Source: Synechococcus sp. (GTDB lineage: Bacteria; Cyanobacteriota; Cyanobacteriia; PCC-6307; Cyanobiaceae). Taken from it: a DNA stretch of 64,000 nucleotides. Shown here in pieces: positions 50,926 through 61,800 of the stretch. The position numbers and the translations under genes were made by a program. The notes under the pieces are model-generated. The model was not told the DNA's origin, searched no databases, and worked only from the letters and a program-made list of their open reading frames with translations. Position 1 is the first letter of the stretch, and the number at the start of each line of letters is the position of its first letter. The DNA lies in contig JBJBEO010000001.1 in assembly GCA_047284725.1 (NCBI GenBank), positions 856,203 to 920,202 on the forward strand, written 5' to 3'.

Positions 50926-51795
50926 ATGCATATCAACGACCGCTTCGAATATATCACTGAGAAAGATTTATATCATAATTATTGCCTCTGGCCCTACCTG
51001 CCAGTTACTGCTTCCATCGACAAGTTTCGCTCTATCAATCTTCTCTATCACGCTTTTGACGTTGCAGAAATCGATCACCGTATTTTTGATTTTGTCGAGG
51101 CGATACGTGATGGCATTGGCAGCTTCCGCACGGTGTGGGGAACTAAACTCATTAACAATAATTTGGCATGGGAATTTTACTTCTATGACTATGGGAGGCG
51201 TGTACGCGAGCTTTCGATCAGCAGGTTGATCAAGATTTTGGCGCCATTCACGCACTGCTCCGTTTCAGTCAACGAAAATATCAATTATTTTATGTTTTCG
51301 TTTGATGTCGATCAAGAGCTGATTACAGGTGCTCGTCAGCTTGATATTGTTCACATGTATCTCGGTAATGCTGGAAGCACTGTCTCCTCAGGAATTTCCT
51401 ACGCCCTGAGCCAGCAGTCATCCCGCCTCGAGAATCTGTATTACTTCTTCGAAGTGCCGTCCATGTTGCAACAGGTGATGGACAAGGTTGGTGACTCGGC
51501 CTACGTCGATGAAGCAGCGATTCCTATGGATTTTTTGGTGTGGCCGGAGCTTCGATCATGCACCACTATCTGTGTGGCCAACAAACAGAGCAATGACACA
51601 ATTTACTTTTCTGGGTGCACTGTAGATCAGCTTTTGTACTTTCTGATTCGGATTGGGTATCCAAGTAAGATCATTGACTTTGTGCAGTCTAATCGCAATA
51701 ATCTTGACCATCTTCTTTACGACGTGGGTTATGATTACCGCACGAAGGGTGATAAGGTTGAGATCGTCAAGAGTGGCTATTACGGGATATTTTGA
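50926..51795 (+). CDS. aromatic-rich hypothetical protein, possible second PT-barrel (ABBA) fold
   Basis: 289 aa, 2-nt gap to the previous gene; five helix/beta-hairpin units ending YDVGYDY...KSGYYGIF. The ORF is solid; the fold is inferred. Confidence 0.6.
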   Translation: MHINDRFEYITEKDLYHNYCLWPYLPVTASIDKFRSINLLYHAFDVAEIDHRIFDFVEAIRDGIGSFRTVWGTKLINNNLAWEFYFYDYGRRVRELSISRLIKILAPFTHCSVSVNENINYFMFSFDVDQELITGARQLDIVHMYLGNAGSTVSSGISYALSQQSSRLENLYYFFEVPSMLQQVMDKVGDSAYVDEAAIPMDFLVWPELRSCTTICVANKQSNDTIYFSGCTVDQLLYFLIRIGYPSKIIDFVQSNRNNLDHLLYDVGYDYRTKGDKVEIVKSGYYGIF

Positions 51796-52418
51796 ATCAA
51801 TCCTATTCGACAAGAATAGTCGTGGCTGTTTCTGCACCGGTTGGTGGTGGTAAAACCTCTCTGGTGCGTGGTCTGGCGCAGGCTATGGATGGTGTTCCTT
51901 TTCATTTCGATCACTACGAAGACCTGACTCAATTGCCGCTTGAAGAAGTGAAGGCATGGCTCCATTTCGGTGCCGAGATTGCAGACCTTTCGATTCCCGC
52001 ACTGACGGATGACCTGATGGATCTGAAGCATGCCAGCTCACCGGCCGTACCCGCCAGTGGAGTGGCCATTCAAACCGCTCAATTTGTCTTTTTTGAGACC
52101 CCGTTTGCCCGGTGCCACCTTGAGTTAGATAATCTCATTGACTTAGCGATCTGGATTGACACACCTCTCGACGTCGCTTTGGCCCGCAACATACGGGAGT
52201 TCATGCGGCAACCTGAGTTGAGATCGAAATTGTCTGCGTGGCTTCCTGACTACCTTGATGGCTATCTCGACGCAGTGCGTGACATGCTGTTGATGCAGCA
52301 GGAGACTGTTGGTCGTGCAGCAGATATCACCCTTGATGGGACAGCCGATCTAGCGACAAACTTATCCATCGCAGAAAGAGAGATACGCAGGCTTCTGAAA
52401 AACAGATCATGCGACTGA
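51792..52418 (+). CDS. P-loop kinase, uridine/nucleoside kinase-like
   Basis: TTGA start-stop overlap; VAVSAPVGGGKTS Walker A, FDHY, FFETPF, IWIDTPLDVALAR. Confidence 0.85.
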   Translation: MNQSYSTRIVVAVSAPVGGGKTSLVRGLAQAMDGVPFHFDHYEDLTQLPLEEVKAWLHFGAEIADLSIPALTDDLMDLKHASSPAVPASGVAIQTAQFVFFETPFARCHLELDNLIDLAIWIDTPLDVALARNIREFMRQPELRSKLSAWLPDYLDGYLDAVRDMLLMQQETVGRAADITLDGTADLATNLSIAEREIRRLLKNRSCD

Positions 52419-52487
52419 TATTTGACTCCTATTGGACAGTGTCTTCTTTCTGAATCAATGTGGGCAAAGCCTATGGCTCCGGTTCCT

Positions 52488-52781
52488 TTAACCTTTGAAT
52501 GCGCCGTAACGCTTGACATGCTCTGACAATACGGTTTGGCTGACCTTGGCTAGTTCCTTGGCGACAGATGGGGTTAGGTGAATTCGATCGGTGAGCTTAG
52601 CTTGCCACTCACCCTCAGTTAATCCGGGCTCAGTGCGTCCAAATAGCAAGGTTATATCCTCACCAGAGCACGACACATTGCAGACATCTGCGAAGGACGT
52701 TGACAGGTTCTTGTCGTCCCAGGGGGCTTTACGGCTCTGGCTAGAAAGTTGCATGCTCGCAGAGGAATTAGGGGGGGTCAT
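52488..52781 (-). CDS. DUF3467-like small protein
   Basis: WDDKNLSTSFADVCNV...ITLLFG...LTDRIHLTPSVAKEL...KRYG; starts 22 nt after the giant gene's stop on the same strand. Confidence 0.8.
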   Translation of the reverse strand: MTPPNSSASMQLSSQSRKAPWDDKNLSTSFADVCNVSCSGEDITLLFGRTEPGLTEGEWQAKLTDRIHLTPSVAKELAKVSQTVLSEHVKRYGAFKG

Positions 52782-52803
52782 GAGAAGTTAATGGTAGTAA
52801 TAA

Positions 52804-55800
52804 TCACTTCCGGCGAAAGAGGCCTAACAATGGATCCAAGAGCTCCTGCCCCCAGCCGAGAACGTGAAGCCTCCTTCTTGCCTCTGGGGCCGTAGGAATG
52901 TGATTTTTAATTCTCGCCTCTTTTAACGTGTTATCTGGACTCCTCCTGTCAGAGGTGACCTCGGCAGTAGTCAGTGTTGAAGTTTCCAGCTCAACATCTT
53001 GAACATCGATCGTGTCAAGGAGTCTGCGCTGCTCTGCGCTGAGTCGACGCTTCTGCTCCCAAATTGCAATCGCAGCAGCGCGTGTGTTCTCCAGAATCTG
53101 TGGCTGGATGTTTGGCAGCGATTTGCTCCCGTCCCCAGATTCAGTTAGCCTGTCTGCATCAGGATTCACGCTGGCGATGAGGTTTTCCTCATGCATCTCA
53201 GGCAGATGGCGCACACCAGCTTCCAGCATCTGTTCCATGAGCCCCTTCTCCTCATGGGATATACCGATAAGGTGTCCGATCTCGTGGAGCTGCACAGTTA
53301 AGAGATCCATTTGGTCGTAGGCGGACGATTCACTTGCCGCAACATAGAAGCCTTCGTCAATTTCTTCGAACTCCTCATTGACATTAGGAGTTGCATCAAT
53401 GAACCAGCCATGACCGGCCGCATCGAAATCGAGCGTGATGGTGTTGCCCTCAGCTGTTGCAAGGATGGAACCTTCAAGATCGTCCACACGTAGATCCACC
53501 GAATCAAGGAAGGTGAGTTGGGATTCAGATAGCTGGGCGGACTGATCCCAAAGATCGATGGCTGTTGAGAAGGTGCTGTAAAGCAGCTTGCGGTCCACCT
53601 CATATAGTCCTTCGCTGTTGGTTTCTGCTCCGGTAACTCCTGCTCTCGAGTCGGGGGTACCACCGGCAAGAATGTTTTCGGAGTCTTGATGGGCCAAGTT
53701 GGGAGTATTCGTTCTAATGCGGAAGTTATCGAAAATACTGCTCCCGCCCAGGGTCATAAGGCCTACCTCACCGTCTACGACTATGCCGTTGTAGTTGTAG
53801 CCGATGACCGCATTGCCGTTTACGTTGACACTCACGGATCGGCCTTTGAGCGACACTTCGAGGTCATACTCGGTCAGCTCGTTTAGAGTCCATGCCGCCG
53901 AGGCGTCGTGGATTATTCCGGAATCCCTGTAGTGACCAATGACCACCTGGTCGGCGTCTTCATCCAGGATGGCGAACTTGAAGTCATCTTCCTTGTAGTA
54001 GTCGAATACCACTCCACCGAAGGATTTGACTTTGAGATCAGTCCAGATGTTGAGGTACGAATCGTAGGCAATGTTCAAGCCGATGGTCGACAGTGCCACG
54101 TTGTCGCCAATTGCTGTGGCTTCGTACTTCTCGGTTTGCGAGTTGACCGTCCACGTGTCTTTTTGGACCACGAAGTCATCGGCGATGCCGTCGGAAAAGT
54201 CTTCGGTCTCATCGTAGGTGTAATCCGGAGGCAAAACCTTGACGAAGACATCGTCAATGCGGGCCTTGGAGTCATAAGAGCCGATACCTATTAGTCCGTT
54301 ATTGAGGTTGTACTGGAAACCATCATCATCGATACGTGGCTCGTAAACGTGGGTGAAGATATCCTTGCCATCAATTACTAACGATGCCGTTAAGCCGTTG
54401 ATTGACAGAAGCACGCTGTAGTCCTTGTTGGGCCTGAGCTTGGCATTCGTCTGTTTGATCTCGTGCCAGCCGCTCGCATCGCGATAGCCCATTTCCAACT
54501 TGTCGTTGGAAATGTTGACCCCGGCCCACTTGAAGTCTGTTGGGTTCTGGTAGTCGAAGACGATGTAGCTGTTCGCTTTCGAGCCGCCGATGGGCTTGGC
54601 GGCGTTGATCGTCGCCTCGATTTCGTAGTAGATCGGCAGGTACTCGTCGAGGTAGTAAACAGCAACGGCATCCCCGCCGGGCGTAGCTGGTGCCACCTCG
54701 AGACGGCCCTGATTGACGTTGAAGACTCCGCTGTCGACCAGGAATCGCTCATTGGTGCCATTGTTGAAGTCGGCACCTCGCAGCACGTCGCGGCTGCCGC
54801 CAGGGATGTTGCCTGGCTGCGGATCCTGAGGAGCACCTGTCTGTTCTTGCCATAGAGCATTGTCTTTCTGGGTGGTCAGCCCCAGTTCTCCGTTGGGCTC
54901 CCCATTGCGATCGGGGTTGTTGAACGTGTCTGCCGCGCGCGTCTGATCGGCGCCTTGGCTCTCCGAAAGGTCATAGAGGAAGTCGAACAGCGCTGGCGTG
55001 ACTTGACGACTCACAGTACCAAGGCCGAATGCCGCGAACGGCACCAAATAGCTGTTGTACTCGCCGACCCAGTCAATCAGACGGTCGCCACCTGTATTGG
55101 CGATGAGCACATCCATCCCCGCGCCACCGAAGGCTCGATCCTCCCAGAAAGGATGGGTCTCCGGCTGGTCGTTGAGCTCACCGTTGGTGCCCAAGACATC
55201 GTCGGCGTTGAGCACGTCATTGCCCCAGCCACCGTAGATGCTGTCAGTTCCCGTACCTCCGACCAGCCAATCGTTGCCAAGGTCACCAAAAAGTACGTCA
55301 GCGCCATCGTCGAATGCGGTTCCGTACTCCAGATGTTGCTGTAATTTCGCACCTGTGTCTTTGTCGTCGAAGTTCAGGAACCACTCGAAGCCGTCGGTGG
55401 TTTTGTTGAGCGAGCCGTCAACGTTAAGCTCGATCTTGCGCAGTGGATCGAACTCGTCGTAAACCGCGAACTCTCCGTCGCGCTCACTTGAAAAGCGCAG
55501 TGCGTCCCCTGGGTTGAACGGTCTTGCCCAGTCGCTGCGCTGGATGGTGATGATGCCGTTGCCATCGTCGACCTGCGTGTAAGCCAGGGTCAGCGCCTCG
55601 GCTCCCGACATCGCGTCATCACCCGAGCCGCCGTGCAGGAAGTCGGCCTGAAGGCCGCCGAAGATGATGTCGTTGTAATTGTCCGAGGCGTCCCAGAGCT
55701 GATTGTCGAAGCCTTGGGTGATCGGGTTCACGTTGAACGGCGTCAGGTTGACGCTCTTCTTCAGCGCACCGGACACGTTGATCGTAGCCTGTTGCGCCTG

Positions 55801-58800
55801 GCCCGGCGTAGAAATTTCGAGGTCGAGGTTGCCCGCATCGATGGCGTCGATGCCGAAGAACGACTCGCCCGTCGAGGCATTGCGGCTGGTGTAGATACGT
55901 CCGTCATCACCGATCACGCCGTCCTGGCCAGTGCCACCGGAGATCCAGTCGTTGCCGTAGCCACCGATCAGGTCGTCGTCGTCGGCATCACCGAAAAGCA
56001 CGTCGTTGCCGACCATGCCGTAGATGAAGTCGTCACCCGACTCACCGTGGATCTCGTCGCCGGCGCCGATGTCGCTCTCCTGGCTGGCAGGGTCGTGATC
56101 GATGCCGCCCTGGGTGTAGTCGACCAGGTCGACGGCGCGAACGACGATGCGCTCGCTGCCGCGATTCTCGGAACTCGAGGACTGGTCGTAGGTAAACGCG
56201 AGCATCGCACCGCTGGAGTCGACCAGGCGGTAGATATTGGCGTTGTCACCGGCGATGGCATCGGAGTCGCGCCCGTGGCGTTCCTCGAACACCAGGTCGA
56301 CCGCCTGATCCTCGACGGTGTACTCGTTGCGATTGATGCGCGTCGCCGCGCCGCCGAAGATCAGGTCCGCCGCGTCCGGACGATCCGTCGGATCGACCAA
56401 GCCGAACAGAATCGAGCTGCCGCCGATGATGTCGTCCTGGCCAAGGTTGCCGAAGATGACATCGGAGCCGCCGTTGCCCTCGATGTAGTCGTCACCGTCG
56501 TCGACGCCCTCTATCGAGGCGTTGACTACCAGCAGACCGTCACTGTCGCGGTACGCACCGACCGTCGTCTGGGCGACGTTGCCGGCGTCGAGTTCGATGA
56601 ACGAGTCACCCTGTATGGTGTCGTCACCGAGCTGACCGAAGATTTCGTCATCGTCAGCGCCACCCGCGATGTAGTCGTCACCGAAGCTGCCGGCGAACGG
56701 AGTATCGGAGTGGTCGAGCAGGACGATGTCGCGTGCCGTATCTCCGCTCGGGTCGAGCTCCGCCGCACCGGCGATCAGCGCCTTTCCGTCGGTGCCACCG
56801 ACGATGTCCTCGCCGTAGATGGTGCTGCCCTGCAGCTGGCGGAAGCGTTTGCGCAACGAATCGCCGCGACGAACGATGGTCGCGTTGTCACCGGCGATGG
56901 CGTCGTTTCCGGCGCCGCCGTCGATGAAGTCGCCCGCGTCCTGGCCATTGGCGACGTTGTGCCCCCCGATGATGTCATCATCGCCGTTGTTGCCGAAGAT
57001 TGTGTCGCTACCCTGCTGACCAAGGATAATGTCGTCGCCGGCATCGCCGGTGATGAAGTCCGCGTCGCCGAGCAGGTCGTCGAGAGGGAACCACACGCTG
57101 CTTCCGAGAGTTTCGGTCTCGATGGCGGTGAAGGTGAATGGCGGAGTCATCGTCGCTTGCGGCAGGGACGCCGGATCCAGCACACCTCCGAGCGTCTGCT
57201 CGATGCGGCCGTTGTCGCCGAAGATGAGGTCCTCACCGTCGTTACCCGAGATGGTGTCGCGACCGGCGCCACCGAGGACGATGTCATTGCCCTCGTCACC
57301 GGCAATTCTGTCGTCGTCGGGACGTGTGATGAACGTCTGAATACGATCGACCGCGGCGTCGGCGTCAAGAGCTAGGTCCATGGTGCCGTGATCGCCGAAG
57401 ATCAGGTCGTTGCCGGTGTTGCCGTGGATGTCATCACCGCCGGTCCCACCAAAGATCAGGTCGTCGCCGGCATCACCGAAGATGAAGTCGCCCGCGCCGT
57501 TGTCGGGGATGGTGCTGGTGATGAAAGTCACCTGCTCCGTTGTGCGGATGCGCTCCGTACCCGGCTGCAGGTCGATACGACCGTGGTCGCCGAAGATGAT
57601 GTCGCCATCATCTCCGCCGTGGATGGTGTCCGAACCGGTCGCCATGTCGTCGCGGCTACGCGAGTCGGCTGTGTCGACGTCGACTACGCTCAGCCACAGC
57701 GTGGTGCCGTCGCGGTGCGGCAGGTCAACGTTGAAGCCGGAGTCGCCGTAAATGTGGTCGGTGCCTTTCTGGCCGAAGATCTCGTCGTTACCGGAACCGC
57801 CGGCGATGTGGTCACCGTCCATGCTGCCGAAGATGGTGTCGTCGCCACCACCACCGAAGATGGTGATGCCGCCGGTGAACTCAAAGGTGCCGTCTTGCTC
57901 GTCGGTGTCGACGCTGGAGATACCGCTCCAGGCCGACGCATCGATGATGTCGTTGCCGGTGCGATCGAAGGCGATGGCGTTGCTGGTGATGCCGGTGACC
58001 ATCGTGATGGTGGCGTCGACGCCGAGTTCTTCGACCGTCAGGCCGCCTGTCAGCGTTAATGTTGTCGCGGTGACGTCTGCGATCTCGTAAGCGCCGTCGT
58101 TGGCGATGCTGCCCTCGATCTCCACCGGGCGACCGACAACGTAGCCGTCGTCAAGCCAGCTGCCGCCGTCGTTGCGGCTGATGGAGCCCGCAGCACCCAG
58201 ATCGACGTTGGCCTCCACTTTGATCGGCGCCGAAGGCACCGAGTCGTAGCGGCTTCCATCTTGCGAAGTGTCGCCGTAGACCACCAGCACGCCGGTGGCC
58301 TTATTAATTACAATTGAATCGCCGCCGACGATGGCTTCGCCTGTATCTGAGACGACCTTGGTCAAGGTCCCGCGGATGGTCTCGGTGGTAAGTGCTCCAA
58401 CTACAGTGATAACGTCGCCATTGATGTCCGCGATCTCATAGGTCGCATTGTTGTCGTCGGTGTCGGTGACCTTGATTGTGTCGCCGACCTCGAAGCCCTC
58501 ATCGATCCAAGAGGTGCCGTCAACGCGGGTGATATCGCTGCCGTCGAAACCGAGGTCGTTGTTGACCTCGAAGATGCTATTACCACCACCGTGAATTACG
58601 GTGACGAGTCGTTCCGCCGCGCCCACCGTGCCGTGGCTGGTGTCGTCGACCTGGAAGTTGTCGTTGCCGACACCCAGCATGATCTCTGTCACCTCGATGT
58701 CGTCGAAGGTGATACCACCCTCGAAGGTCACCAGCTCGCTGCCATCCTGCGCGATGCTGATGTCGAAGGTAGTGGTCGGCCCCATGCCCAACCCCTCGAG

Positions 58801-61800
58801 ATTGGTCGGGTTGTCGAGAACGATGATCGGGTTGTTGTCCAGCGTCGTCGAGTGCAGGCGACCCGAATCGTCGGCGAAACTGTTGTCGTTGTAGACATTT
58901 AGCGTGTCAGTCTTGGTGGTCTCGTCGGTGTCATCGACGAAGACGTTGGGCTCGGTGGTCGACTCGGTCGGCAAGACGACAGCCTTCGACAGCGACCGGT
59001 CGCGACCCAGCGCGACACCACCCTCGATGACCACCGGACCTTCGATGGTGTTGAGGCGGTGCTGACCGAGGGTCGGGGCGCGCTCGACATCCTGTCCTGC
59101 CGTGGCCTTGAAATCGGGGTTCTGATCGATCACGACAGTCTGTTCTTGGAACCAGTCGGTGTCGGTGAACACCATTTCCGTGGTCAGTTCACCCGTCGCG
59201 ATATTGCCGAGCAACGAGAGGATCGACTGGCCGTCGGAGAACGCGCTCACCGTGACATCGGTGTCCGGCTGGCTCAGTAGGCGCACCGTGTAGGTGTCGG
59301 TGCCGGCGCCCACGACATTGTCCTCGATGACCAGCGTGCTGCCGTTGGACTGCTGTACCAGAATCCCTGGGGTGTCGTCGTCGAGTACGCGGATGCGCAG
59401 CTCGTTGGCATCGGCGTCGACATACACGCTGTCGCCCTCGTTAGCCGTGCCCTCGAACGAGCTGGTCAACAAGTGGTCGATACGGACTGATTCCGGGTTC
59501 TCCTCGGTAGCGTCGTCGCTGGCCTTCACGAACACCGTCTGCTTCACGTCGAAGGTGCTGGCGTCGAAGGTGAGTGCACTGAGCGTCGTGGTGAAGGTCG
59601 CGTCGGTGTAGAACTCCACCTCAGCGTTGCTTTCGATGTTCACTGTGACGATCTCACCGGCCTCAGGCGCCACCGCAAGGCGCACGTCGTAGGTATCGGT
59701 GATCGCACCGGCGCCGACTACCCCTTCGAGAACAAGTGTGCCGCCGTCGGTCTCGTCGATAATGACGCTGCCGAGATCGTCGTCGCGTACCAGCACGACG
59801 GCATTCTTGATTTTGGCGCCGTTGTACGGCTCGTCGGCGCTGTGAATCATGTGGCTGACCATGACGTTGCGGTCGCCCTCGATGACGTCGTCACCGATGG
59901 CGCGGACGAAGACTTCTTGGTCGCTGTCCCAGTCGACGCCCGCGGTAAAGGTCAGAACCACGGCTTCGAAGAAGTTGACGCCATCGGTCGAGACCAGCAC
60001 GGTGCCGGCGTCGCGGCTGCCACCGTCGCGTTTCGGCAGTCGCCTGTCGTGCGAGGACGAGGACGCCGCCGACACCGTGATGTAGACCTCGGTGCCGTCA
60101 GTCACGTCGGCGTCGGCGACCGACAGACCAACCATGTAGGAGTCCTCGTTGTCGACGCTGTCCTCGGTGACGACAATTTCGCCGTCAATGTTGTCGATAA
60201 CCACCAGGCCGAGCGTCGGGGTGGCGACGTTGAACGGCACGCCCTCGATCAGCAGGCCGTCGTAGTCGGCGTCGCCGCTCATCGAGGCGTGGTTGATGGC
60301 CGCGCTGCGACCCTCGAGGTCCTGGCTCACCACGCGCTCGGTGACGTCGCCGCTGATGTTGAACGTATCCGAACCCAGACCGCCGATGATGGTGGTGACC
60401 GCGTTGGCGCGCGTGCCGAGTACGAAGAAGGTGTCGTCGCCCTCGAGTCCATCGACCTCGACTGCTTCCTCGACGCCATCAAGGCGAATGTTCAGGCCAG
60501 CTCCGAAGATGCCGTCCGGTGTGATGATGAAGGCATCGTCGGCCTCCGTTCCTATTGCCACCACCGTATCGAAGCCGTCACCACCGTTGATGCTCACTGG
60601 CGCGTTGACGTTGTACTCGATCTGGTCTTCGCCGTCGCCGGAGTTGACCTCGATCTCGCCATCGGCCACGAAGGCGCGTACCACGAACAGGTCGTTGCCC
60701 GACTCACCCTCCATGCGCAGCTCGGCCTTATTGGAAAAGACGTTGAACTCGTCCTGGCCCTCGCCACCCTGCAGCACCGCCGCTTCACTGATGCCGAAGC
60801 TCAGCCAGTTGTCGTTGGTGATGCCAGTTAAGCGGATCTCGTCGGAGTCCGAGGTCAGGTCGATGCCTTCCTCCCACGGAGCCGTTCCCGGCACCGCGAT
60901 CGGCACCGAACCGAACACCTGGCCGACCTGGAACATGTCGTCGCCCTCGCCGGCGTCGATAGTCATAACTGTGCTGGTGTCGTCGATGTAGAACTCGTCG
61001 TCCGCGTTGCCGGAGAGGATCTCCAGACGGCCGTTCGTGGTGCCGTCGTAGTTAATACGCTCGACTTCCGGATTTAGCACCGTGGCATCGTCGCTGACCG
61101 GGTTGAGCCACGCCACGAAGTGCTCGCGAATGAGGAAGTAGTCCTTGCCGTCAGCATTGTTGGCGTCTCCGATTTCTGTACCGACGATGGTGAGCTTGTC
61201 GGCACCGTCGTTCTCGGCGCCCGTATCGTGAACGTTGATCAGGTACTCGGTGCGGCCACCCGTGACGTTGATAACGACGCGGTCGGTCTCGGCACCGCCG
61301 TCGATGTCTAAAGTGTCACGAACTTGTTTGTTGCCCACGGGCACACCGTTGACCAGCTTGTCATCATCGAACTGCCGATCGTGGCGCGTGGTCATCCTCG
61401 TCATGTGATCGACGGTGATGAGGTCTTCACCCTCCTGGCCGAATACCTGGGTATGTCCGATGATGCCGGCTTCGGTGGTACCACCTTCCGGACGAATCTC
61501 GATCTCGTCGTCGTCGGCCTCCCCGAGGATGTCGATACGCTGGGCATACGTCTTGCCCTCAAGTATTATTAGTGCCCCGACGCCTGTGTCGTCGTCAAGA
61601 TAATCACCTTCGATCCGTATATAATCGGTCGCATTGATCAGGCTAGTGGCGGCTAGGTGCAGGTTGTCGCCGGCGCGCAGGAAAATGCCGTTTGAGTCGA
61701 TCGGCAACTGGGTCGCCAGCTGCGTCGGGATGACGTCGGCCGCCAGGACGGTACTGTTGGTCGAGACCAGTAAGTCGTCCCCCGCGGTGAGCGTGACGTC

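Noticed and set aside
55633..57375. Long + strand ORF (580 aa) and similar antisense ORFs (e.g. 29001-30512, 43385-44821, 38546-39814)
   Set aside because: These are shadows of GC-rich genes on the opposite strand, with no recognisable motifs.
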